DNA from: Novosphingobium sp.
GTDB lineage: Bacteria > Pseudomonadota > Alphaproteobacteria > Sphingomonadales > Sphingomonadaceae
NCBI GenBank assembly: GCA_046063295.1
Contig: JBJTMA010000050.1
Location: 1 to 52,516 of the forward strand
Direction of reading: 5' to 3'
DNA length: 52,516 nt
The first letter of the stretch is position 1, and every line of letters begins with the position of its first letter. The notes beneath the pieces are model-generated. The model was not told the DNA's origin, did no database searches, and saw nothing but the letters and a program-made list of their open reading frames with translations. A program made the position numbers and the translations under genes. Shown piece after piece: positions 19,772-29,156 of this stretch.

Positions 19772-21192
19772 TACCGATCTCCCTGAAGCGGCGCCTGATA
19801 GCCGCCGCCCAATGCGCGAATAAGCGCGAATTCCTGAACCATGCGCTGGCTCTCGACCTGAGCGATCGAGCGCCGCAGCGCGGCTGCATTGTCCTCGGCG
19901 GTCAATTGCGCCAGCTTGGTGGTGAGGCCCGCCGTGTAGCGCAGTCCCGCCAGCCGCGAAGCCTCGTCGGCATCGGCCAGCGCACTGCGCAACTGCAGCA
20001 GCTGCTTGTCCAGCGCCTTGCGCGCCGCGAGCGCATCGGCAACCTCGCGCAGCGCCGTGATTAGCGTCTGGTCGTAACGCGCGACGGCTTCGTCATAGGC
20101 CGCCCGGGCGCCACGGTAGCGCCCGGCGATCCGGCCGCCGTCGAAGATCGGCAAGCTGATTGCCGCGGTCGCGTTTCCGTATTCGGAACCGGCCGAAATC
20201 AGGTTTCCGAGGCCAAGCGATTGCAAGCCGACAAGCGCCGACAGGCTGATGTTCGGATAGAAGTCCGCATGCGCCACCTCGATCCGCTGGGCCGCCGACT
20301 CTACGCGAAGCCGCGCCGCGACGATGTCAGGACGGCGCCCGACCAGGTCGATGCCCGCTTGTGCCGGTAGGGCGTATTCGGCCAACCGCATCCGCGGCCG
20401 GGCGATGGCCAGGCCGCGGTCGGGACCGCTGCCGACCAGCGCCGCGATGCGGTTTCGGGTCAGCGCAATCGCCTGGTCGAGCGCGGTGACTTCGGCCTGG
20501 GAAGCCGGGACCCGCGACGCCGCAGCGCGCGCGCTGCCCTGATTGTCGAGCCCCGCGCTCACGCGCTTCGCGGTAAGGCCAGCGCTTTCGGCGCGCAGCT
20601 CTGCCGTATGTTCCGCCGCGTCCCGCGCCGAATAGTACCCTGCCAGATCCGCATAGGCCGCTGCGATCGCGGTGGTCAGGACCAGCCGTGCCTGCGCCTG
20701 ATCGACCCGGGCGGCTTCGGCATCGGAGGTCGCCGCGGCCAGTGCGGCGCGGTTCTTGCCCCACAGGTCCAGATCGAATCCGAAGGTTGCGGCAACATGC
20801 CCGGTGTCCTGAATTCCATCTGGCACGAATTGCGGCGGAATGCCCAGGTTCTTGCTTTGCTGGACCGCGCCGGCGCTACCTTCTGCGCCGATACGAGGAA
20901 GAAGCGCGGAATTGGCCTGCCGCGCCAATGCCTCGGCAGCGCGCGTGCGAGCCGCAGCGACGGCGATATCGGGAGACGATGCAAGGCCTTCCTCGATCAA
21001 GGCGTCGAGCTGAGGATCGCCAAAACCGCGCCACCAGCCTTCGACCGGCCACGCCCCCTGAGGCGTGCCAGCCAGACTGGATCCGGACGGAAGCGAGCTT
21101 GCGGCACGAGGCTGTGGTCGTTCGCCCAGATCGGGCACGGCGCAGCCACTGACCGTGGCCAGAAGCGCGAACAAGGGGAGGATCTTTCGCAA
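19771..21192 (-). CDS. Outer-membrane efflux factor lipoprotein (NodT family)
   Basis: Lipobox VSGC; WWRGFGDPQL, DLDLWGK and RRPDIVAAR motifs; TTG start. Confidence 0.9.
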   Translation of the reverse strand: MRKILPLFALLATVSGCAVPDLGERPQPRAASSLPSGSSLAGTPQGAWPVEGWWRGFGDPQLDALIEEGLASSPDIAVAAARTRAAEALARQANSALLPRIGAEGSAGAVQQSKNLGIPPQFVPDGIQDTGHVAATFGFDLDLWGKNRAALAAATSDAEAARVDQAQARLVLTTAIAAAYADLAGYYSARDAAEHTAELRAESAGLTAKRVSAGLDNQGSARAAASRVPASQAEVTALDQAIALTRNRIAALVGSGPDRGLAIARPRMRLAEYALPAQAGIDLVGRRPDIVAARLRVESAAQRIEVAHADFYPNISLSALVGLQSLGLGNLISAGSEYGNATAAISLPIFDGGRIAGRYRGARAAYDEAVARYDQTLITALREVADALAARKALDKQLLQLRSALADADEASRLAGLRYTAGLTTKLAQLTAEDNAAALRRSIAQVESQRMVQEFALIRALGGGYQAPLQGDR

Positions 21193-21204
21193 AGCTGGCC
21201 TTCG

Positions 21205-21279
21205 ATGATACTACGTGGTATCATTGCCATTAGAGCGCAAAATTGAGTTGTCAATTGCAATGATACTACCTGGTACGGA
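21205..21279. promoter_or_regulatory. Two TetR-type operators: ATGATACTACGTGGTATCAT (21205-21224) and ATGATACTACCTGGTACGGA (21260-21279)
   Basis: A near-perfect 20-bp palindrome and a degenerate second copy between the divergent efflux operon and tetR. Confidence 0.7.
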
Positions 21280-21922
21280 TTCTGTGGACGAGGCTGCGGC
21301 GGCACGCCGGCAAGTGTTCGTCGACGCAGCGCGCGAGGCTTTTTTCGCCAACGGTTATGCCGGGACCACCATGTCTTCGATTGCCAGCACGGTGGGTGGC
21401 TCGAAGACGACGCTCTGGACCTACTTTCCGTCCAAGGAGATGCTGTTCGCGGCAGTCGTGGACGATATCGTCGAACAATACGCGCGGGTGCAGGACGTCG
21501 ACCTGCGGGACACCGATGACCTGCGCGGAGTGCTGCTCGAATTCGTCCGCGCCTTGATGGACACCATCCTGTCCCCGCCGATCATCGCCCTGCACAGGCT
21601 GGTCCTCGCCGAAGCCAGCCGGTTCCCTTACCTCGCGGAAGCCTTTTACGAACGCGGTCCCCGGCGCGGCAAGGCGCGGCTCAGCGAGTTCGTCGGCCGA
21701 GCCATGGAGCGCGGTCAGCTGCGCGCCGGAGACCCTATGCTGGCCACACGGCAACTGGCCGGAATGTGCCAGGCCGGCTGCTTCCAGTCGGCGCTGTTCA
21801 ACCTCGACGAACCAAGCGGCCAGGCTGATCTCGAATTCGAGATGAGCGAAGCGGTCGACAGTTTCTTGCGCGCCTGGTCCCTTCAACCCCGCGATGCTGC
21901 ACCTGACTTGGCGTCTTCATAA
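21260..21922 (+). CDS. TetR/AcrR family transcriptional regulator
   Basis: AAREAFFANGYAGTTMSSIA..VGGSKTTLWTYFPSKE.LF HTH; start uncertain (ATG 21260 or GTG 21284). Confidence 0.9.
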   Translation: MILPGTDSVDEAAAARRQVFVDAAREAFFANGYAGTTMSSIASTVGGSKTTLWTYFPSKEMLFAAVVDDIVEQYARVQDVDLRDTDDLRGVLLEFVRALMDTILSPPIIALHRLVLAEASRFPYLAEAFYERGPRRGKARLSEFVGRAMERGQLRAGDPMLATRQLAGMCQAGCFQSALFNLDEPSGQADLEFEMSEAVDSFLRAWSLQPRDAAPDLASS

Positions 21923-21960
21923 GAGCTGACACATAACGTCGGGACAGAACGGCATTTGCC

Positions 21961-21976
21961 GTGTAACCGGTTACAC
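21961..21976. promoter_or_regulatory. LacI-family operator A (GTGTAACCGGTTACAC)
   Basis: Perfect 16-bp palindrome 30 nt upstream of GH31; the core recurs at 28042 and 34514. Confidence 0.85.
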
Positions 21977-22005
21977 GCACCTCGATTCGGGAGACGAGAC
22001 AAGCG

Positions 22006-24402
22006 ATGAAGTATGTGATCGGGATGGCCGCGATTTCGTTCCTAGCCATGTCGCCGGTGACGGCGAAGGCGGAAGACCTCACCATGGACGCCCCTGCCGG
22101 CCACGTATCGGTCAGCCCGGTCAGTGACGGGGTGGTTCGCATCAGGATCAGCGCCGCCGGAGAATCCGCGCGCGACGAAAGCTGGGCAGTTCCAGCTTCG
22201 GTACGCGCTGCGCGCACCCCGGCAACGGTATCCGAAAACACGCTGACGACGAACCGGATGACCGTTGCGGTCGATCCGCAGACGCTTGCGATAACGGTAA
22301 CCGATCGTTCCGGACACGTCATGGTGACCGATGCCCCGCGGCCGCTTCAGCGCACCGCGGGAGGTTTCACGTTCTACAAATCATTAGGCCGCGACGAACA
22401 TGTCTTCGCCTTTGGCGACAAGACCGGCGGTCTCGATCGGCGGGGCAAAAGCTTCGTCAACTGGAACACCGATGCCTATGGCTTCACCTCCAGTGAAGAT
22501 CCGATCTACAAGTCCGTCCCGTTCTACATCTCGGCGGGCGGGCCGGGCGGCGCCTATGGCCTGTTTCTGGACAATACCTTTCGCTCGTGGTTCGATTTCG
22601 GCCACCGCCGCGATGACGAAATTGCGATCGGCGCCGATGGCGGGGCGATCGATTATTACCTGATCGCTGGCCCCAGCGTGGCGGATGTGGTCAAGCGCTA
22701 TGCCGCGCTGACCGGCCCTGCCCCGATGCCACCGCGCTGGGTGCTGGGATACCAGCAATCGCGCTGGTCCTACATGAACGAGGGCGAAGTCCGCACCCTC
22801 GCCGCAAGGCTGCGGGATGAACGCGTACCGACCGACGTGATCTGGCTCGACATCGATTTCCAGGACCGCAACCGCCCGTTCACGATCGACCGTCAGGCGT
22901 TCCCCAACTTCAGAGGCATGGTCGCCGACCTGAATGCAATGGGGATCAAGACCGTCGCGATCACTGACCTCCACACCGCCAAGGCCCCGGGACAAGGTTA
23001 TGCCCCCTACGACCAGGGAATTGCAGGCGATCACTTCCTTAAGGGACCTGATGGACAGGTCTGGTCGGGAGAGGTCTGGCCCGGACCCGCAGTGTTCCCC
23101 GACTTCACCCGCGCGCAAACGCGGGAATGGTACGGCACGCTGTTCGCCCCGCTATTGGCTGACGGGGTCGCAGGAATCTGGAACGACATGAACGAACCGG
23201 CGATCTTCAAATCGCCGAACAAGTCGATGCCGCTGGACGTTGTGCACCGGATCGAGGGTGACGGCTTTGAGACCCGCACCGCGACGCACCGCGAGATGCA
23301 TAACGTCTATGGCATGGAAAACACCCGCGCGACCTATGAAGGCCTCCGCCGGTTGCGCCCGGACGAGCGCGCATTCGTGATGACCCGGGCGAGCTATGCC
23401 GGGGGCCAGCGCTATGCGGCGACGTGGACCGGAGACAACACATCGAGCTGGGATCACCTCAAGCTGGCGGTGTCGCAGACGTTGAACCTGGGGCTGTCGG
23501 GTTTCGTCTGGACCGGTACGGACGTTGGCGGGTTCACCGGCGGACCCAGTCCCGACCTGATGACCCGCTGGTTCGAATATTCGGCATTCCTCCCGGTATT
23601 CCGCGACCACTCGCAAAAGGGCATGCCGCGCGCAGAACCCTGGGTCGACGGGCCCGAGCAACTGGCGATCCGCCGCCGATACGTTGAGGAACGCTATCGG
23701 TTGCTGCCGTTCCTCTACCAGCTCGCCGCCACTTCGGCCCAGACCGGCGAACCCCTTGCACGCCCGGTGTTCTATGATTTTCCCGCGGCGCTGCGTTCGA
23801 CCTGCGACATGGCAATGCATTTCACGTTGGGCGGAAAGCTGCTTATTGCGGGCGCACCCAAGGGCGAAAGCCCGGCAAGCTACAAGATGTGCCTGCCGCA
23901 GGGCGTGTGGTACGATTACTGGACCGGCCAGCCCGTAGCCATGCCCGCCGATCAAACCGAAGGTATCGCCGAGATAGACCGGCAGCCCCGGCTCGATACG
24001 CTTCCGGTATTCGTCCGCGGGGGCGCGGTGATTCCCCGCCAGCCGCTGGTCCAGAGCACCAGCGAGGCCCCGCAAGGCCCGCTGCAACTCGACATCTATC
24101 CGGCGGACGGATGCGCGGGCGCGCTTTACGACGATGACGGCCATTCGATGGGCTTTGCCCGCGGGCAATTTTTCCGGCAGACTGTCAGTTGCCGCGGCCA
24201 GGGCGACAGCTTGAGCAGCATCGTCTTCAGTCCGCGCGAGGGCGGCTTTACGCCGTGGTGGAAGGAACTGCGTATCGTGATCCATGGCTCGCATAGTTAC
24301 CGCGCAAGGGTGGGCGGCAAGGCACTGGTGCCGGATGCCAGCGGCGCTTTCGTGATCCCGGCGAACCCCAAAGCGCTGCGCGTGGATCTGCAGCCGCTTT
24401 GA
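22006..24402 (+). CDS. GH31 alpha-glucosidase family, secreted/periplasmic
   Basis: Signal peptide (…PVTAKA); YKSVPF, GYQQSRWSY, IWLDID, WNDMNEP (nucleophile) and WTGDN (acid/base) motifs. Confidence 0.93.
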   Translation: MKYVIGMAAISFLAMSPVTAKAEDLTMDAPAGHVSVSPVSDGVVRIRISAAGESARDESWAVPASVRAARTPATVSENTLTTNRMTVAVDPQTLAITVTDRSGHVMVTDAPRPLQRTAGGFTFYKSLGRDEHVFAFGDKTGGLDRRGKSFVNWNTDAYGFTSSEDPIYKSVPFYISAGGPGGAYGLFLDNTFRSWFDFGHRRDDEIAIGADGGAIDYYLIAGPSVADVVKRYAALTGPAPMPPRWVLGYQQSRWSYMNEGEVRTLAARLRDERVPTDVIWLDIDFQDRNRPFTIDRQAFPNFRGMVADLNAMGIKTVAITDLHTAKAPGQGYAPYDQGIAGDHFLKGPDGQVWSGEVWPGPAVFPDFTRAQTREWYGTLFAPLLADGVAGIWNDMNEPAIFKSPNKSMPLDVVHRIEGDGFETRTATHREMHNVYGMENTRATYEGLRRLRPDERAFVMTRASYAGGQRYAATWTGDNTSSWDHLKLAVSQTLNLGLSGFVWTGTDVGGFTGGPSPDLMTRWFEYSAFLPVFRDHSQKGMPRAEPWVDGPEQLAIRRRYVEERYRLLPFLYQLAATSAQTGEPLARPVFYDFPAALRSTCDMAMHFTLGGKLLIAGAPKGESPASYKMCLPQGVWYDYWTGQPVAMPADQTEGIAEIDRQPRLDTLPVFVRGGAVIPRQPLVQSTSEAPQGPLQLDIYPADGCAGALYDDDGHSMGFARGQFFRQTVSCRGQGDSLSSIVFSPREGGFTPWWKELRIVIHGSHSYRARVGGKALVPDASGAFVIPANPKALRVDLQPL

Positions 24403-25709
24403 CCCCGCGCCGCCGCTGGAACCTGGCCCTGTTCGCCGGCGGCGACTTTGCATTCAATCTCTATTGGCAGAGCGTGATGCTCTACCTGCTGTTCTATTAT
24501 ACCGAGGCGATTCACCTGCCGATCACCACGGCATCGCTTTGCTACGCGCTCGCTTCCTTGTGGGACGGGGTGGCAAACCTCGCGGTCGGCCTCGTCGCCA
24601 GCCGCCCGTCGGTGGTCATGCCTTATGGCCGGGTGCTGGTGCTTGGTGCGGCACCGCTGGGCATCGGCTTCGTGCTCGCCTATTTTCCGCCGCCGGGCGC
24701 CGTCGGGGGAACCACCGCACTGGCGTGGATCATGGTCACACACCTGGCATTCCGCACGCTCTATGCACTGGTCAACGTGCCATACCTGGCGATGTCGGCT
24801 CGGATCACTCTCGATAGCGGAGAGCGCGCACTGGTCGCCGGGCTGCGGATGCTGTTCGGCACGCTTGCAGCGGTCATCGTTGCCTTCTTCACGGTGCCGC
24901 TGGGCAAGATGCTCACCGGAAGTGAGGGCGCGCAAGGCTATGCTGCGGCAGCAATGGTTTTCGCCGCGACGGCAACCGCGGTGCTGATCCTTGTTGGGCT
25001 GACGTACCGCGAGGCACAAATACCCGAACCACCCGGCGCTGCGGCGCGTTGGCGCGACCTTGTCCCGGTCCTGGGCAACCGGGCGTTCATTTCGCTATCG
25101 GCGGCGATGGTTGCGATGATCGTCGCGGCCACGGTGCTCGACAAATCGGTGCTCTACTATTTCAAGTATGCGCTGCGCGATCAGGGTGCGGGCCAGGAAT
25201 CGCTCGGCTGGATGTCGGCGGTGAGCGCGGTCGCGGTACCGATGTGGCTTCTGGTTTCGCGCGTCACCGGCGTACGCGGCGTGTGGTTCCTGGCAAGCGC
25301 TGCGTGCTGCCTGTGCCTTGGACTGTTCATGGCCCTCTCGATCACCGCGCCGCTGCCGATCCAGCTGTTCCTGGTCGCGATCCAGAGCGCGATCGTGGGG
25401 CTCCATTTCTCCTTCTGGGCAATGCTCCCCGATACGGTCGAATACGGCCAGAAAGTCCACGGCCAGCGCGCCGAAGCGCTGCTTTACGGGCTTGCCGGAT
25501 TGCTCCAGCGCCTGGCGATCGGCCTTGGTACACTGGTCCTCGGGCTGGGGCTCGACGGACAGGGCGATCACCATGCGGTGGTCGGCGAATCAGGCTACCG
25601 CATCGTGCTCGCGGTCATCCCGCTGCTGTTTTTCGCACTGGCTGCGCTGCTGATGCTGGCCAACCCGCTGCGCAAGGGCCGCCATGACGAAATCGTGGCC
25701 AATCTCTAA
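24399..25709 (+). CDS. MFS sugar transporter (GPH family)
   Basis: GDFAFNLYW, NVPYLAM...ER and WAMLPDTVEYG motifs; TTG start overlaps the GH31 stop. Confidence 0.85.
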   Translation: MTPRRRWNLALFAGGDFAFNLYWQSVMLYLLFYYTEAIHLPITTASLCYALASLWDGVANLAVGLVASRPSVVMPYGRVLVLGAAPLGIGFVLAYFPPPGAVGGTTALAWIMVTHLAFRTLYALVNVPYLAMSARITLDSGERALVAGLRMLFGTLAAVIVAFFTVPLGKMLTGSEGAQGYAAAAMVFAATATAVLILVGLTYREAQIPEPPGAAARWRDLVPVLGNRAFISLSAAMVAMIVAATVLDKSVLYYFKYALRDQGAGQESLGWMSAVSAVAVPMWLLVSRVTGVRGVWFLASAACCLCLGLFMALSITAPLPIQLFLVAIQSAIVGLHFSFWAMLPDTVEYGQKVHGQRAEALLYGLAGLLQRLAIGLGTLVLGLGLDGQGDHHAVVGESGYRIVLAVIPLLFFALAALLMLANPLRKGRHDEIVANL

Positions 25710-27982
25710 CGCACGAGGGTGAAGGTGCCTCGCGCCCCTTCGTCCTGCGCGCTTGGCGCGATCCACACGTCGAACAGACCGGGCTCGACTGTCGGGCGGT
25801 TTTCGAGGCCATAGAATTCGAGCATCGAGCGGTCGATCGTGAAACGCACCGTCGTGCTCTGACCCGGTGCGAGCGCGACCTTGCGAAACGCGATCAACTG
25901 CCGGACCGGCCGGGTCACGCTGGCCGCGCGGTCATGGATGTAGAGCTGTGCGACCTCTTCAGCGGCGCGCTTGCCGCTGTTGGTGATCGTCGCCGTGAGC
26001 TCCAGCTTACCCGTCCAGGCAAGGTTCGGACCTGACTGGCCCAGCGCTGAATAGGCAATCCTGCCGTATGTCAGGCCGTGGCCGAACGGGAACAACGCCG
26101 CATTCGGCACTTCGCGGAACTGGGCCTTGTAATCGACCCGCGGACCGGCGGGTTGCGGGCGCCCGGTCGGCTTGTGATCGTAGTGGTACGGTTCTTGTCC
26201 GCTAAGGTAGGGGAAGCTGACCGGCAGTCGCCCCGAGGGACTTGCGCTTCCGTAGAGAACATCGGCGATGGCGTTGCCACTTTCGCTACCGAGATACCAC
26301 GTGACCAGGATAGCCGGGGCATTGCGGACCGCGCCCGAAAGCGCGAGGGCGCGCCCGTTGCGCAGCACCACAACCACCGGTTTGCCGGTTGCAGCTACTG
26401 CCTCTGCCAAAGCCTGCTGCGGCGCGGGAAGCACGATCTCGGCCCGCGATTGTGCCTCTCCCGACATGTTCTGGGATTCGCCGATCGACAGCACGACGAT
26501 GTCCGCGGCCTTGGCCGCCGCAACCGCGGCCTCGATACCGCCGGGGATCGCGCTTTCCACGCCGCTGCCTTCGACCACGGTGAGCTTGCCCCCCGCTGCG
26601 CGCATGCCGGTGGCCAGATCGACCGCCTGCTCGTCACTGCCATAGACGCACCAGCCGCCGATCAGGTCGTGCTGTCCCGCCGCGAAGGGGCCGATCAGCG
26701 CAACCTTGGCGTCCTTGGCCAGCGGCAGCAGGTCGCCCTCGTTCCTGAGCATGACGATCGACTTGCGTCCGGCCTCACGCGAGAGAGCGATGTTGGCCGG
26801 AAGTCGCGACCGAGCCGCCTCGCGCGCCGGATCGATCCGCCGGAAGGGATTGTCGAACAGCCCGGCCATCGCCTTGACCGCAAGCACGCGGCGAACCGCC
26901 TCATCGATGCAGGCCATCGGAACCGCACCTTCGCGCACCAGCGCGGGAAGGTGCAGCGCATAGAGATTGCTGGCCATCGACATGTCGACCCCAGCGAGGA
27001 TCGCAAGGCGCGCGGCGTCCTTGCCGTCCTTGGCCACGCCGTGAAGGATCAGTTCCTCGTCCCCGGTGTAGTCGGAAACGACCATGCCGGGGAACTTCCA
27101 CTCGCCGCGCAACAAGTCGGTCATCAGCCAATGATTGGCAGTCGAGGGAACGCCGGCAATTTCATTGAAAGAGGCCATCGTGGTGACCGCCCCGGCATCG
27201 AACCCGGCCTTGAACGGCGGCAGGTAAACCTCGCGCAGCGTGCGCTCGGAGACGTCGACCGTGCTGTAGTCAAGCCCCGCTTCGGCAGCGCCATAGGCGG
27301 CGAAATGCTTGGGACAGGCAAGCACGGCGTCGTCCGCCTTTAGATCCGTGCCCTGAAACCCGCGGACCCGCGCGGCGGAGAAAAGCCGGCCGATCAGCAC
27401 GTCTTCGCCGGCGCCTTCCATCGCCCGGCCCCAGCGCTGGTCCCGTGCGATGTCGACCATCGGCGCGAAGGTCCAGTCAATCCCCGCGCCAGCCGCTTCG
27501 AACGCCGCGGCGCGCGCGGTGCGCATGGCAAGATCGGGTTCGAAGCTGGCCACTTCGCCCACCGGCGTCGGGAACACCGTGCGATGGCCGTGAATCACGT
27601 CGGCGCCAAAGATCAGCGGAATCTTCATCCGCGAACGGTCCATAACCGCACGCTGCATACGCTGCGCCATGACCGCGCCATTGCCGTTGAAGACCCCGGT
27701 CAGCTTGCCCGCCACCGCATCGGCAACCTGGGCGTCGAAGCTTTGGCCATTGCCAGGAGGATTGAGCTGGGCCGCCTGGCTTCCGCCCCACGCCGAGGGC
27801 AGCAGCGTCAGCTGGCCGGCCTTTTCTTCAAGCGTCATCTTCGCGATCAGGGCGTTGATGAAAGCCGGAACCGGCTGCGCGGCGGCAACCTTGGCCGCGG
27901 CGCGCAACGGACTGGCCGCCCAGGCCGTTGCAACGCCCATTGCTGCAAGCACGCTGCGCCTCGAAACCCCCTGCTCGCTCAT
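25706..27982 (-). CDS. bglX: GH3 beta-glucosidase (BglX-like), Tat-exported
   Basis: Tat signal MSEQGVSRRSVL; MTLEEKAGQL, DVIHG, RDQRWGR..EGAGED, KHFAAYG, VVSDY and FPFGHGLTY motifs; C-terminal Fn3-like domain. Confidence 0.92.
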   Translation of the reverse strand: MSEQGVSRRSVLAAMGVATAWAASPLRAAAKVAAAQPVPAFINALIAKMTLEEKAGQLTLLPSAWGGSQAAQLNPPGNGQSFDAQVADAVAGKLTGVFNGNGAVMAQRMQRAVMDRSRMKIPLIFGADVIHGHRTVFPTPVGEVASFEPDLAMRTARAAAFEAAGAGIDWTFAPMVDIARDQRWGRAMEGAGEDVLIGRLFSAARVRGFQGTDLKADDAVLACPKHFAAYGAAEAGLDYSTVDVSERTLREVYLPPFKAGFDAGAVTTMASFNEIAGVPSTANHWLMTDLLRGEWKFPGMVVSDYTGDEELILHGVAKDGKDAARLAILAGVDMSMASNLYALHLPALVREGAVPMACIDEAVRRVLAVKAMAGLFDNPFRRIDPAREAARSRLPANIALSREAGRKSIVMLRNEGDLLPLAKDAKVALIGPFAAGQHDLIGGWCVYGSDEQAVDLATGMRAAGGKLTVVEGSGVESAIPGGIEAAVAAAKAADIVVLSIGESQNMSGEAQSRAEIVLPAPQQALAEAVAATGKPVVVVLRNGRALALSGAVRNAPAILVTWYLGSESGNAIADVLYGSASPSGRLPVSFPYLSGQEPYHYDHKPTGRPQPAGPRVDYKAQFREVPNAALFPFGHGLTYGRIAYSALGQSGPNLAWTGKLELTATITNSGKRAAEEVAQLYIHDRAASVTRPVRQLIAFRKVALAPGQSTTVRFTIDRSMLEFYGLENRPTVEPGLFDVWIAPSAQDEGARGTFTLVR

Positions 27983-28041
27983 TCCCGTCCCACTCCATTC
28001 CCACATCGGGGTCATCGAATCGAAAGCGCTTGTCCGCGCTC

Positions 28042-28055
28042 TGTAACCGGTTACA
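28042..28055. promoter_or_regulatory. LacI-family operator A (TGTAACCGGTTACA)
   Basis: Perfect 14-bp palindrome between the divergent GH3 and LacI genes. Confidence 0.85.
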
Positions 28056-28136
28056 TACGTTGCTCGCACAACGGTAGCAATCGTTCTAGCACTCGGTTAT
28101 CATTTTCATACGGACAGGCGATGGGGAATTCCCGTT

Positions 28137-29132
28137 TTGAACAAGGCTGCGGCAACAATTCGCGATGTGGCGCGGGAAGCGGGGTTGTCCGTGGCATCGG
28201 TTTCAAGAGTGCTCAACGGGCATTCGAACGTCCACCCGGATTCGCGCGCCAAGGTGCAGGCGGCGATGGCAACGCTGGGCTATCGCCCCAACGCCGCAGC
28301 GCGCAGCCTCAGTACCTCCCGCACCCATGCCATCGGCGTGGTGCTGCCCGACCTGCACGGCGAATTCTTCGGCGAAATGGTGCGCGGTATGGACCGGGCA
28401 GCAAGCGAGCATGGCTACATGCTGCTGCTATCTACAATGCACGCCGACAAGATCCTGGCCGGGCAAGCGCTTGGCGCGATGAACGGGCGGGTCGACGGGG
28501 TCATCGTGATGGCTCCCGAATTGACGAAGGACGATCTTGCCTCGGCTTTGCCCGGGGGGCTCCCGGCGGTGCTGGTCAACAGTCCGGACGACGTCGATCA
28601 TCACAATATCAGGATCGACAATCGCGCCGGGGTGATGCTGATGGTGCGGCATTTGCTGGCCAGCGGGCGCAAGCGCATCGTTCACCTGTCGGGCGATCCC
28701 AAGAACCTCGACGCTGCCGAACGCTCGGCAGCTTTTGCCGATGCGCTTGCAGCGCTTGCCCCGGACCTGCCGGTGCGCGTCATGACGGGCGACTTCAGCG
28801 ACGAGAGCGGCGAGCGGCTGGTCCAGCAGCTTCTCGCGGAAGGCGCGGATTTCGACGCGATCTTTGCCGCGAACGACATGATGGCAATGGGTGCGCTGCA
28901 GGCACTGCGCACAGTCGGCATCTCGGTTCCGCGCCAGGTCGCGGTCTCCGGTTTCGACGACGTACCGCTGGCCCGCTACCTCGGGTTGACGACGCTCAAG
29001 GTCGATATGGTCGGCATCGGGCGTCGCGCGGTCGAACAGCTGGTGGCCGGGATCGCCGACCAGGGCGATCCGCCCGCGCTGCAGAGCCTGATGCCAACGC
29101 TCGTCGTGCGCGGAACGACCGCCGCAAGCTGA
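28137..29132 (+). CDS. LacI/GalR family transcriptional regulator (locus A)
   Basis: TIRDVAREAGLSVASVSRVLN HTH, YRPNAAARSL hinge, AIFAANDMMA and VSGFDD motifs. Confidence 0.95.
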   Translation: MNKAAATIRDVAREAGLSVASVSRVLNGHSNVHPDSRAKVQAAMATLGYRPNAAARSLSTSRTHAIGVVLPDLHGEFFGEMVRGMDRAASEHGYMLLLSTMHADKILAGQALGAMNGRVDGVIVMAPELTKDDLASALPGGLPAVLVNSPDDVDHHNIRIDNRAGVMLMVRHLLASGRKRIVHLSGDPKNLDAAERSAAFADALAALAPDLPVRVMTGDFSDESGERLVQQLLAEGADFDAIFAANDMMAMGALQALRTVGISVPRQVAVSGFDDVPLARYLGLTTLKVDMVGIGRRAVEQLVAGIADQGDPPALQSLMPTLVVRGTTAAS

Positions 29133-29156
29133 CCCTTACCTATTCCGGATTGCATC

